Source of the DNA: a virus | Taxonomy: Duplodnaviria > Heunggongvirae > Uroviricota > Caudoviricetes | Length of the DNA stretch: 52,942 nt | Virus record (IMG/VR): IMGVR_UViG_2563366966_000001 | Strand: one strand, 5' to 3' | In this document: piece after piece, positions 25,986 to 36,035 of the stretch | How positions within the stretch are numbered: the stretch's first letter is position 1 | How the letters are laid out: the number at the start of each line of letters is the position of its first letter | The notes under the pieces: generated by a model | Told to the model about the DNA's origin: nothing | Databases searched by the model: none | What the model saw: only the letters and a program-made list of their open reading frames with translations | Position numbers and translations under genes: made by a program

Positions 25986-26505
25986 TCAGCAACCCCGGTA
26001 TCAGTTCATCCAGCGCGGCTGCTTTGTTCATGGCTTTGATGATATCCCGTTTCAGGAAATCAACATGTCGGTTTTCCAGTTCCGGAAAACGCCGCTGCAC
26101 CGACAGGGGGATCCCGTCGAGAATACTGGCAATTTCACCTGCGATCCGCGACAGCACGAAAGTACAGAATGCGGTTTCCACCACTTCAGCGGAGTCTCTG
26201 GCATTTTTCAGCTCCTGTGCGTCGGCCTGCGCACGCGTAAGTCGATGGCGTTCGTACTCAATAGTCCCTGGCTGGAGATCTGTCTCGCTGGCCTGCCGCA
26301 GTTCTTCAACTTCCCGGCGCAGCTTTTCGTTCTCAATTTCAGCATCCCTTTCGGCATACCATCTTATAACGGCGGCAGAGTCATAAAGCACCTCATTACC
26401 CTTGCCACCGCCTCGCAGAACGGGCATTCCCTGTTCCTGCCAGTTCTGAATGGTACGGATACTCGCACCGAAAATGTCAGCCAGCTGCTTTTTGTTGACT
26501 TCCAT
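25960..26505 (-). CDS. Nu1: Terminase small subunit Nu1
   Basis: 181-aa ORF matching lambda Nu1 (N-terminal wHTH). Confidence 0.95.
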
Positions 26506-26700
26506 TGTTCATTCCACGGCCAAAAACAGAGAAAGGAAACGACAGAGGCCCAAAAGCTCGTTTTCAGCACCTGTCGTTTCCTTTCTTTTCAGGGGGTATT
26601 TTAAATAAAAACATTAAGTTACGACGAAGAAGAACGGAAATGCCTTAAACCGGAAAATTTTCATAAATAGCGAAAACCCGCGAGGTCGCCGCCCCGTAAC
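26506..26700 (-). other. cos site (cosB with R sites, cosN cohesive-end sequence at 26683..26694)
   Basis: Minus strand reads GGGCGGCGACCT followed by the AT-rich region and GGAAACGACAG-type R elements, near-identical to lambda cos as recalled. Confidence 0.85.
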
Positions 26701-26729
26701 CTGTCGGATCGCCGGAAAGGACCCGCAAA

Positions 26730-26746
26730 ATGATAATAATTATCAT
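26730..26746. promoter_or_regulatory. Near-perfect palindrome ATGATAAT-A-ATTATCAT (Fur-box-like) between cos and ynfO
   Basis: 16 of 17 positions dyad-symmetric; contains GATAAT hexamers typical of Fur boxes; about 150 bp upstream of the RHH gene. Confidence 0.3.
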
Positions 26747-26893
26747 CTGCATGTCACAACGTGCATCTACGCCATCAAACCACGTCAAATAATCAATTAT
26801 GACGCAGGTATCATATTAATTGATCTGCATCAACTTAACGTAAAAACAACTTCAGACAATACAAATCAGCGACACTGAATACGGGGCAACCTC

Positions 26894-27127
26894 ATGTCAA
26901 CGAAGAACAGAACCCGCAGAACAACAACCCGCAACATCCGCTTTCCTAACCAAATGATTGAACAAATTAACATCGCTCTTGAGCAAAAAGGGTCCGGGAA
27001 TTTCTCAGCCTGGGTCATTGAAGCCTGCCGCCGGAGACTGTGCTCAGAAAAAAGAGTTTCTTCTGAAGCAAACAAAGAAAAGAGTGACATTACTGAATTG
27101 CTCAGAAAACAGGTCAGACCAGATTGA
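26894..27127 (+). CDS. ynfO: Small ribbon-helix-helix (Arc/MetJ-like) DNA-binding protein, YnfO-like
   Basis: 77-aa ORF; N-terminal IRFPNQMIEQINIALEQKG fits the RHH beta-strand and helix pattern; position matches K-12 Qin ynfO from memory. Confidence 0.7.
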   Translation: MSTKNRTRRTTTRNIRFPNQMIEQINIALEQKGSGNFSAWVIEACRRRLCSEKRVSSEANKEKSDITELLRKQVRPD

Positions 27128-27184
27128 AGCAATTTAGATAATCGTGCAGACTACGCCCCCTCATATCACATGGAAGGTTTATCT

Positions 27185-27595
27185 ATGGATCAGGTAGTCA
27201 TTTTTAAACAAATATTTGATAAAGTTCGAAACGATTTAAACTATCAATGGTTTTATTCTGAGCTAAAACGTCACAATGTCTCACATTACATTTACTATTT
27301 AGCCACAGAGAATGTTCATATTGTATTAAAAAATGATAATACAGTGTTATTAAAGGGCCTAAAAAACATTGTGTCTGTCAAATTTTCAAAGGATAGGCAT
27401 CTTATAGAAACGACCTCTAATAAGCTGAAATCCAGAGAGATCACATTTCAGGAATACAGAAGAAACCTTGCTAAAGCAGGAGTTTTTCGGTGGGTTACAA
27501 ATATCCACGAACAAAAAAGATATTACTATACCTTTGATAATTCATTACTATTTACTGAAAGCATCCAGAAAACTACACAGATCTTACCACGCTAA
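27185..27595 (+). CDS. ydfO: DUF1398-family prophage protein YdfO
   Basis: Track ORF 27170..27595; ATG at 27185 gives the 136-aa form matching remembered YdfO/YbcV family. Confidence 0.75.
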
Positions 27596-27746
27596 ACCAT
27601 AACGTCCGGCTTCTCTCACTCCTGAGCCGGACTGCATTGGTTTAATAAAAACCATCAACAATTGTGATTTAGATATTCGGAACCATTCAAATATAACAAA
27701 ACCCCGTAAAAACGAGGTTTATGGATAAATTTTATTATTGAATACA

Positions 27747-27920
27747 TCAGATTAAATTAATCTTGACATCATAGCTTTCAAGACCCGTCATTTTTTCCCG
27801 TGCGGTAAACTGAATACTGGTAACTTCTTTCCCGGTCTTTTTCTTAAGTTCAATAATTTTTTTTGTTATATATTCAGAAATATCTGCTTCTGCTTTTGTT
27901 TTTAAGTTTTCAATATTCAT
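27747..27920 (-). CDS. gnsB: GnsA/GnsB-family protein
   Basis: 57-aa ORF not in track; translation MNIENLKTKAEADISEYITKKIIELKKKTGKEVTSIQFTAREKMTGLESYDVKINLI. Confidence 0.8.
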   Translation of the reverse strand: MNIENLKTKAEADISEYITKKIIELKKKTGKEVTSIQFTAREKMTGLESYDVKINLI

Positions 27921-28091
27921 CATTTCCTCTTTTAGTCTGTTATGACTTTCCAGTTACACAGTAAGTCGATTATATGGTGCAAACGTGTAAAAGATAAGAT
28001 GAAACATCGCAATAATCAACATACGATAGTCTAAATTTTACACAAACAGACAAAGAGAATTTTCCTGAATTATCAATGCAATAGCATCAAA

Positions 28092-28322
28092 TCAACTCAA
28101 GAGCCTTATTGCTGCTTCCAGAATTTCTTCTGAAGTAACATGTCGATCCGCGGCTACATAAATGACTTTATGATCTCCGGTCAGAGATGGAAACCCTGCG
28201 GCCATTACAGTAAGGTGTGTTTTTTCGCCATTTGGATATTCACGCATGATGGTGTTAACTCCAGTCATCGCTGGCACTACCACTGCTGGTTCAGAGTTAA
28301 AAAAAACTATGATTTTTTTCAT
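28092..28322 (-). CDS. ynfN: Cold-shock-inducible prophage protein YnfN (start uncertain)
   Basis: Track ORF 28092..28364 begins with TTG; ATG at 28322 gives 76 aa (MKKIIVFF...); a 51-aa form from ATG 28247 matches my memory of K-12 YnfN. Confidence 0.6.
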   Translation of the reverse strand: MKKIIVFFNSEPAVVVPAMTGVNTIMREYPNGEKTHLTVMAAGFPSLTGDHKVIYVAADRHVTSEEILEAAIRLLS

Positions 28323-28593
28323 GATGTTACCGTAGTATGTGAGTATCCATCGAATAGACACCAAGCAAAAAAGCTCCCGAAGGAGCCTTCATTTTCACTT
28401 TTTTAAATCCAACGACAGACGGCTGGCATTTAAGTATTGTGAAATATTATCAAATGTAATCATCATTGATTTACAAAAGATACATTTTGCCCCGAAAGGA
28501 TTCATGTCAGAAACATCAAAAGATGATGTTCTATACTGGGAACCATGACAACACGGGCATCTAAAGTGAATATGGTTTGTAATATTGTCTACC

Positions 28594-28806
28594 TCAAAGC
28601 GCCACTACATGAACAGCGGCAGGACCTTTAGGTCCGTTCTCAATACCAAATTCAACTTCCTGATTCTCAGTTAATGTTTTGAAATCGTTGCTCTGAATTG
28701 CTGAGAAATGGACAAACACATCTTTGCTGCCATCTTTCGGCGTGATGAAACCAAAACCTTTTTCAGGGTTAAACCATTTCACTAAACCAGTCATTTTGTT
28801 AGACAT
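28594..28806 (-). CDS. cspI: Cold shock protein CspI (CspA family)
   Basis: 70-aa ORF with RNP1/RNP2 motifs (KGFGFI, VFVHF). Confidence 0.9.
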   Translation of the reverse strand: MSNKMTGLVKWFNPEKGFGFITPKDGSKDVFVHFSAIQSNDFKTLTENQEVEFGIENGPKGPAAVHVVAL

Positions 28807-29168
28807 AATTATTACCTTTTGAAGAAATTAGCCCTTGGGCAGAATGGTCCGAAAAAAAATATCAGAGAGAAAAACCAACAAGGAAATCTCAAGAGGTACA
28901 AATAATAAAATTATAACAATGACTGCTTCAGATAAATTTGTAACAAACCAGAACACCATTAACGCATGATTAACCACCCATAGCAAGGATTACTTTTGTA
29001 AAGAAAAACACAGCAATGAAAGAATAGCTTTATTTATTAATAAAACGTGTCATTCTGATTAAGACCTTTTATCTTACCCTTAAGATTTCAGGAATTTTGG
29101 CTCATGGAAGAGTCCTTTTTATTTAAATTTTACATTCCGCGATGTAAATGTTCCGATTTAATATTACC

Positions 29169-30192
<1,024 letters not shown>

Positions 30193-30196
<4 letters not shown>

Positions 30197-30504
30197 AGAT
30201 ATTTATGATGAGGACGCTCGTGCTTATTGGCAGGATTTTCAATCTTAAAGGAGTACTGATGCTGCAGATAAGACTCAACTTTTTCTGACAATTTTTCTGC
30301 TACTTCCAGGAAGACTTGCCGGACGCTCCTTCTGGCTGCTGCCTCATAAAACTCCAGCGCAGCTCCTTCAACACGGTCCATGGCGACATCCAGGTCAAAA
30401 ATTTCACCGTCAAAGCGTTCTTTGTCCTGTAAGGCTACAGTTACCGTAACTTTATTCTCAAAATTACGGACTCCTTTCACAACCAGTTCATAGTCTTGAG
30501 TCAT
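30193..30504 (-). CDS. ydfR: Prophage protein YdfR (DUF1327)
   Basis: 103-aa ORF between holin and endolysin, matching Qin YdfR from memory. Confidence 0.75.
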
Positions 30505-30508
30505 TGGA

Positions 30509-30724
30509 TTACTCTCCTCTCGCAGCCTTACGCCTGTCTTCTTTAATCTTGAAATAAAGATTTGTCAGATACGTCAGCAGGCCAAAAACCAGGCTACCCA
30601 GCACACCGATTGCAGCCCACTGTGACGGAGTTACTTTATCGAGTAACTGCAATGCCCAGAAACCAGCATTACCCGCCGATGTGCCATAGGCAACACCTGT
30701 TGTTAACTTATCCATTGATTTCAT
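30509..30724 (-). CDS. S: Class II holin (phage 21 S-type pinholin) with dual-start motif
   Basis: ATG at 30724 gives 71 aa starting MKSMDKL (two Met codons for antiholin/holin); two TM segments; track ORF extends upstream. Confidence 0.85.
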   Translation of the reverse strand: MKSMDKLTTGVAYGTSAGNAGFWALQLLDKVTPSQWAAIGVLGSLVFGLLTYLTNLYFKIKEDRRKAARGE

Positions 30725-30943
30725 ATCCTCACCCCGATGTACACGGATGGTGCAATATGTTTGAAAAGATCGGAGTCTACGGGGTAGTTTTGACAGCACA
30801 CGTTGTTCTCAACGGCGCTAAAAAAACATACACATTAAAAATGTGGGTAATTATTTTGAAAGAAAGTCATATATAAAATAATAATACGAGAAATGTTTTC
30901 ATATTTAGTGTACTGTATACGGCCATTTATACAGGAAAAGCCT

Positions 30944-31114
30944 ATGTCAGAACGTAAAAACTCAAAATCACGCCGTAATTATCTCGTTAAATGTTCCTGC
31001 CCAAACTGCACCCAAGAGTCAGAACACAGTTTTTCAAGAGTACAAAAAGGTGCCCTTTTGATCTGCCCTCATTGCAACAAAGTATTCCAGACAAATCTTA
31101 AAGCTGTAGCCTGA
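30944..31114 (+). CDS. ynfU: Small zinc-ribbon protein YnfU
   Basis: 56-aa product from ATG 30944 (AGGAAAAG upstream); CxxC...CxxC motif (CSCPNC, CPHC). Confidence 0.7.
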   Translation: MSERKNSKSRRNYLVKCSCPNCTQESEHSFSRVQKGALLICPHCNKVFQTNLKAVA

Positions 31115-31170
31115 TTGATTTTATTAGTAACAAGTATTTTTTATATTTTAATAATATATTTAAAGCAGAT

Positions 31171-31195
31171 AATAAAAAACCCGCCTGAGCGGGTT
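31171..31195 (-). terminator. Rho-independent terminator downstream of cspB
   Basis: Hairpin AACCCGC-CTGA-GCGGGTT at 31178..31195 followed on the minus strand by a T-run. Confidence 0.6.
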
Positions 31196-31477
31196 TGAGA
31201 TTGTGGTGCTTTTTGTGGGAGTCATCCACTTACGCACTTTGTTTTGCCATGCCAGCAGTTAGCTTCTGCTGTAAAACTATTCATGCAGCAAACCTGCACT
31301 TCACCACAATGGTTAGCATACTTTTCCTGATTAAGATTTTGCCAAATATGCTAGCCATTGTTTCATGTATTGGACCTCCTTACTTTTTATTAAAGAGATC
31401 CAATATTCACTACTCTGTCCGTATCTCTACTCAGGCATCAGCCTTCTTCGTTATCGTATACAGACGAGCGATGAATT

Positions 31478-31693
31478 TTAATCAGTAATGATGACATTTG
31501 CTGCTGCAGGACCTTTAGCACCACTCTCTATAGAGAAGGTAACCTTTTGACCTTCAAATAAGGTTCGATAATTATCATTCTGAATCGCAGAAAAATGCAC
31601 AAACACATCTTTACTACCATCAACAGGAGAAATAAAGCCGAAACCTTTATCAGCGTTAAACCATTTTACTAAACCAGTCATTTTATTTGACAT
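31478..31693 (-). CDS. cspB: Cold shock protein CspB (CspA family)
   Basis: 71-aa ORF with RNP motifs. Confidence 0.9.
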   Translation of the reverse strand: MSNKMTGLVKWFNADKGFGFISPVDGSKDVFVHFSAIQNDNYRTLFEGQKVTFSIESGAKGPAAANVIITD

Positions 31694-31993
31694 TCTACAT
31701 TCCTTAACTTGAGCCTTTCGGCATAAATGGTTTGCATAACAGAAACGACTTCGTACTTAATTGGAGAGACTCAAAGAAGGAATAAGTGAATAACACCTGA
31801 AATGAGAACTGCTTTAGTAAACTACTTCGTATATCGTCTGTTCTTCAAACCGACGCAATCATTAACGCATAGTTGAACATATGAAGCAATGTTTATTTTA
31901 GACATCCAGCCATCTTCAACCCCATCAAAAAACTATAGCTTTCTTCAGGAACGTGTGTATAGTGCGCCAAGTTATCAGTATTAAGGAATTTTT

Positions 31994-32206
31994 TTGTCCC
32001 GTAAAATGACAGGAATTGTCAAAACCTTTGACGGCAAAAGCGGCAAGGGTCTTATCACCCCATCCGATGGTCGTATCGATGTCCAGCTTCATGTTTCAGC
32101 GCTCAATCTCCGCGATGCAGAAGAAATTACCACCGGATTACGCGTGGAATTTTGCCGGATAAATGGTCTGCGTGGCCCTTCAGCTGCCAATGTTTACCTT
32201 TCATGA
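31994..32206 (+). CDS. cspF: Cold shock protein family member CspF
   Basis: 70-aa ORF, divergent CspA-family member. Confidence 0.85.
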
Positions 32207-32260
32207 GCTATATTAAAGCTTTAATTTCAGGCCCCATCGGATCACACATGGAGAGTTTTT

Positions 32261-32350
32261 ATGAATAACCCCGTCTGTCTTGATGACTGGTTGATTGGCT
32301 TTAAAAGCTTATGCTGTACTTTGGCCGTAATAGCTCTGCTAATAATATAA
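32261..32350 (+). CDS. Candidate small hydrophobic peptide (29 aa)
   Basis: ATG at 32261 with GGAGAG 6 nt upstream; translation [29 protein letters not shown]. Confidence 0.3.
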
Positions 32351-32496
32351 TAAGCAGACTCATTGTGTTTAGGGACATTGTACTGGAAGAAAACATTTTA
32401 AACATCAGGCAAATAACCAAGTCACCAGCTAAATAATAAGTTAACAGACATGAGTCCCGGGATGAGATTCAACATTACCATTGCCCCATTTAAAGC

Positions 32497-32532
32497 ACAA
32501 AACCCGCTCATCAGCGGGTTTTCTACTTTTTC
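32497..32532. terminator. Hairpin terminator AACCCGCT-CATC-AGCGGGTT (candidate tR-prime for late operon and/or cspF terminator)
   Basis: Perfect 8-bp stem at 32501..32520; T-rich tract on plus strand after the hairpin. Confidence 0.55.
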
Positions 32533-32567
32533 TTAACGTCGGGTATACAAAGCCCATCGTTGAAAAA

Positions 32568-32596
32568 ATTTTATCCATATTTTTTGAAAAATGCAA
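32568..32596 (-). promoter_or_regulatory. Candidate late promoter pR-prime immediately downstream of Q
   Basis: Minus strand TTGCAT-17 bp-TAAAAT located 32..60 nt after the Q stop codon. Confidence 0.5.
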
Positions 32597-32627
32597 ACAT
32601 CATGTCGCCATCTTCAGCAAAAATCAT

Positions 32628-33380
32628 TTATCTCGTCACCTTCCTCAATTGCGCTTCCGCGTATGCTTCTTCCTGCCAGCACTTTGTTACCAGTTTACCA
32701 ATGACGTCCGCATACCCCTTATACCACTGATAATCGGTCAGGTCTGGTACCAGCTTCTGGACATGACGTCGTGCCAGCGTGGTCGGTAAACGACTAAACC
32801 GGTTTCCATTACAACGCCCACAAATCTTATATACCGGTACGCCATGAAACCGGGTTCTTTTTTCATCCAGAACAATCCCTTTACCCTTACACCCTCTGCA
32901 CGCTGTGCTGGCTTCGCCCTTACCATGGCAATGCTGACATAGTTCCTTCACCCATTCTTCCTTGATTACAGATTCCCCGCGTCTGTAGTGTTTCACCACT
33001 TCGCGCAATACATTATAAAATCCCGTACCTGAACAATGCTCACAGCGAGCCTTACTTGCCGCAGACCTGGAGTAATCAGCAAAGGCAAAACTCACGAGGT
33101 AAGGAATAATCTGTAACCGGATTTCTTCACTCAATTTGTTCAATGTCGGGTTATCCAGTGCCATCGCGTAATTTAGCAGGCCTTCAATCGCAAACTGAGG
33201 GTCCTGAACACCAACTTTTGCCAGAAATAAGGCCAACCCAAGTGGTGCTTTCGACTGCACCATCCCCTGCGCTGCCATTACATCCGTAATTGTTAAACAA
33301 CCGGTGCCTGTCGCTGGAGCGTCATCGCTCAATTTTGGAGATTTTGGGGAGTAATATTTTGGTAAGGCTTCAAGGTTCAT
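32628..33380 (-). CDS. Q: Late-gene antitermination protein Q
   Basis: ATG at 33380 gives 250 aa; Cys-rich zinc-binding region (CEHCSGTG...CQHCHGKG...CRGCKGKG); position upstream of lysis cassette. Confidence 0.85.
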   Translation of the reverse strand: MNLEALPKYYSPKSPKLSDDAPATGTGCLTITDVMAAQGMVQSKAPLGLALFLAKVGVQDPQFAIEGLLNYAMALDNPTLNKLSEEIRLQIIPYLVSFAFADYSRSAASKARCEHCSGTGFYNVLREVVKHYRRGESVIKEEWVKELCQHCHGKGEASTACRGCKGKGIVLDEKRTRFHGVPVYKICGRCNGNRFSRLPTTLARRHVQKLVPDLTDYQWYKGYADVIGKLVTKCWQEEAYAEAQLRKVTR

Positions 33381-33393
33381 GCTCGTTCTCCAC

Positions 33394-34443
33394 TTACGCC
33401 AGTACGCCAATTGTCAGCGCGCGATCGATAAAACGAAATATCAGCTCCAGTTGGGAGCCATACTTATCTTCAAATGCCACTGTATCCGTATGCAGCTCGT
33501 TGTGATGCTTTCTGCACAAAGGCAACACAAAGAGATCATGTGCTTTTGTTCCCATTCCGCCCTGCCCGTGACCAATCAGATGATGCGGATCGTCGGCTGG
33601 CATACCGCAGCAAGCACACGGCTGTGTCTTAACCCAACGTGTGTATTTCTCCTTAACCCAGCGGCGACGTTTAGGCAGCTTCATGAAAGATTCCGGAGAC
33701 TCTGGATCAACGGTGATGCTTACCACCGTCTTTTCCTGTGGTGATTTTTGTTGCTGGTGGGCGTAAGGCAACGGTGCAAGATTTTTTGTGCGTTGTTTCA
33801 ATATGCTGGTGGCGGTCTGCTCTCCCGGTACGATGTCGCTTTCGCGGTACACCGAGCAGATTTTTTCCGCTGGTAATCCCAGCGAACGACGCGATACAGC
33901 CTCAGGTAGTGCATCCACCACCTGATTGCAGACCGCCCACCAGGATAATTCAGCCAAAGATAATTCCCGCTCCTGCGTACCGCTTATTGCGTGACGGATG
34001 ACGTCAATCACCCATGCTGTCAGATTTTGTTGAGCAAGCAGCTCCAGTGATTCCGATGTCTGGTCACGCAGTTGGTTGTCGCAGTGCCAGCACAACACCA
34101 TTGCGCCGGTACCATAACGGTGAATGACTGTTTCAGTGTGATGGTAATCGCCATTAGGCCACTGGCAGGATGTAACATGACGTAATAGCCAGTCGGACAA
34201 TGCGCCAACGCCGCCAGCAGCACGAATCACCCGTTCGTTACTAAAAAACGGCAGCAATGTTTTGTCTTCCGCCAGCGGCTGGCGAACGGCAGGAACGACT
34301 CCGGATGGCAGATTACGCATGCTTTTTGGTTCCGGTTCCACCAGCACTCGAGGATTATGAAATATCTGTATGGATTCACGGCCCGGCTTAAGGACCACCA
34401 GCCCAAGCTCAGGCACCAGAACAGGTCTAAGTAATACCCGCAC
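33394..34443 (-). CDS. ydfU: DUF968-family protein YdfU with C-terminal HNH-like Cys/His motif
   Basis: Track ORF 33394..34482; GTG at 34443 lies 1 nt after the rem stop and gives 349 aa; motif CACCGMPADDPHHLIGHG...CRKHHNELH. Confidence 0.7.
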   Translation of the reverse strand: MRVLLRPVLVPELGLVVLKPGRESIQIFHNPRVLVEPEPKSMRNLPSGVVPAVRQPLAEDKTLLPFFSNERVIRAAGGVGALSDWLLRHVTSCQWPNGDYHHTETVIHRYGTGAMVLCWHCDNQLRDQTSESLELLAQQNLTAWVIDVIRHAISGTQERELSLAELSWWAVCNQVVDALPEAVSRRSLGLPAEKICSVYRESDIVPGEQTATSILKQRTKNLAPLPYAHQQQKSPQEKTVVSITVDPESPESFMKLPKRRRWVKEKYTRWVKTQPCACCGMPADDPHHLIGHGQGGMGTKAHDLFVLPLCRKHHNELHTDTVAFEDKYGSQLELIFRFIDRALTIGVLA

Positions 34444-34444
34444 G

Positions 34445-34723
34445 TTACCTCCAGATCCGTTGCTGGAAAGTGCGGGACGCACGTGGTGGGCGTTCGGAAT
34501 AAGGCAGCCTGACAGAGATTATCCAGTGCCGATAGTCGAGACTGAGAGCTTTCTTAACCTCGAACCCGCGCCTGCGGTAAGAATGAATCAGCCATTCGGC
34601 CTGTTCTGCAGTGCATGGAGGGTGCTGGAACCATTCAGACTTGAATGCGTGAGAATACCGCCCGTGCGTGCAGGCAAGAACGGGCGAATTATCAGAATTG
34701 TAATATTTTGCGTTGCGTGCCAT
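34445..34723 (-). CDS. rem: Prophage protein Rem
   Basis: 92-aa ORF matching Qin Rem from memory; start codon not resolved. Confidence 0.7.
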   Translation of the reverse strand: MARNAKYYNSDNSPVLACTHGRYSHAFKSEWFQHPPCTAEQAEWLIHSYRRRGFEVKKALSLDYRHWIISVRLPYSERPPRASRTFQQRIWR

Positions 34724-34789
34724 CGGTTTTCTCCGGTGGCACGGTGTTACTCAGCGGGAGTTCAGCCCCGCGCAAGATTGTAGATGAGT

Positions 34790-35041
34790 TTATTCTCCTG
34801 AAAAAGCAGAAAAGCCAGCTTTTATTCCGATCTCTTTCAATGCCTGTAATGAAGTGACAAACTCACCTTCGCGCAAGATAAATCCGTCCGTGACCCGAGC
34901 ATCCACAAAATTAATTAACGCAGCCCCATTCTTTCGCAAACACATAATGCGGTAATGACTAACAAGATTTCCATTTTCAACGCACACAGCATAGAGGCCA
35001 TCTTCACAAAAAATTTTACGCAGTTCTTCGATGTTCATCAT
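34790..35041 (-). CDS. Hypothetical protein (83 aa), unknown function
   Basis: ORF with tandem ATG start, GGAAGGA 7 nt upstream, and a minus-strand TTGAAG-18-TAGAAT promoter-like element at 35120..35149. Confidence 0.6.
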   Translation of the reverse strand: MMNIEELRKIFCEDGLYAVCVENGNLVSHYRIMCLRKNGAALINFVDARVTDGFILREGEFVTSLQALKEIGIKAGFSAFSGE

Positions 35042-35160
35042 CAGAATCCTTCCGGATAATTAGCTCTCCCCTTTAAGGGACCATCCCTCTTATCCCTGCG
35101 CGCTACTTAAGTATTTTTGATTCTATTCCGGCACCGTCCAGAACTTCAAACGCGTTGAAA

Positions 35161-35189
35161 ATAAAAACAAAAACCCGCCGAAGCGGGTT
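35161..35189 (-). terminator. Rho-independent terminator downstream of hokD
   Basis: Hairpin AACCCGC-CGAA-GCGGGTT at 35172..35189 followed on the minus strand by a T-run. Confidence 0.65.
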
Positions 35190-35257
35190 AAGTGCGGGTG
35201 CGTTGAGGATGCCTGCCACATCAGAGGTGGCGAGGGATTTCTCCCCCGCCGGGTCTC

Positions 35258-35413
35258 TTACTCCTCAGGTTCGTAAGCTGTGAAGACAGCGACCTCCGTC
35301 TGGCCGGTTCGGATTCGTACCTCGCAGAGGTCTTTCCTCGTTACCAGTGCCGTCACTATGACGGTTAAACAGATGACGATCAGGGCGATTAACATCGCCT
35401 TTTGCTGCTTCAT
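35258..35413 (-). CDS. hokD: Hok-family membrane toxin HokD (RelF)
   Basis: 51-aa ORF not in track; translation MKQQKAMLIALIVICLTVIVTALVTRKDLCEVRIRTGQTEVAVFTAYEPEE; immediately downstream of relE. Confidence 0.9.
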   Translation of the reverse strand: MKQQKAMLIALIVICLTVIVTALVTRKDLCEVRIRTGQTEVAVFTAYEPEE

Positions 35414-35484
35414 AGCCTGCTTCTCCTGTCAACGCAAAGCAGAAGTGTCACCTTCGGTGCGAAACAGAGATGTCATGCTTTGGT

Positions 35485-35772
35485 TCAGAGAATGCGTTTG
35501 ACCGCCTCGCTATATACTTCCGAGCGTTCTCTTTTCCCAACAGAAATCACGAAAACGACAACTTTCTCGTCTATAACCTGGTATACAAGGCGATAGCCTG
35601 AAGACCGGAGCTTAATCTTGTAACAATCAGGCATACCACGGAGCTTGTTTGCTTCAATCCGGGGTGACTCAAGTACTTCAACCAGCTTCTTTTTCAACTG
35701 TTCACGTACCGTCGAGCCCAGCTTTCGCCATTCCTTTAGTGCCCGCTCGTCAAAATCCAGAAAATACGCCAT
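35485..35772 (-). CDS. relE: mRNA interferase toxin RelE
   Basis: 95-aa ORF matching RelE. Confidence 0.95.
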   Translation of the reverse strand: MAYFLDFDERALKEWRKLGSTVREQLKKKLVEVLESPRIEANKLRGMPDCYKIKLRSSGYRLVYQVIDEKVVVFVISVGKRERSEVYSEAVKRIL

Positions 35773-36011
35773 CAGAGTTCATCCAGCGTCACACGTACTG
35801 GCTTAGGATTACGAAGCCGTTCTTTCACTATCTCCACAAGTTCAGCATCTTCATCACTCAGGAGTGTCTGTTTGAACGGCAAGCGTTCATTGTCAGCGAT
35901 ATACTCGAGCATGAGACGAAGCGCTTCAGAAGGAGTTACACCCATTTTTTCAAGCGCGGCGTAAGAACGCGCTTTAAGTTCATCGTCAATACGCAGGTTA
36001 ATGCTACCCAT
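35772..36011 (-). CDS. relB: Antitoxin RelB (RHH)
   Basis: 79-aa ORF matching RelB; overlaps relE start. Confidence 0.95.
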   Translation of the reverse strand: MGSINLRIDDELKARSYAALEKMGVTPSEALRLMLEYIADNERLPFKQTLLSDEDAELVEIVKERLRNPKPVRVTLDEL

Positions 36012-36035
36012 GTCTTACACCTCTTGTAATTACAA

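Noticed and set aside
35280-35501. 73-aa plus-strand ORF and possible Sok antisense RNA opposite hokD
   Set aside because: The ORF is antisense to hokD with no RBS; hokD here follows relE within 71 nt as in the relBEF operon, leaving no room for a mok/sok control region.
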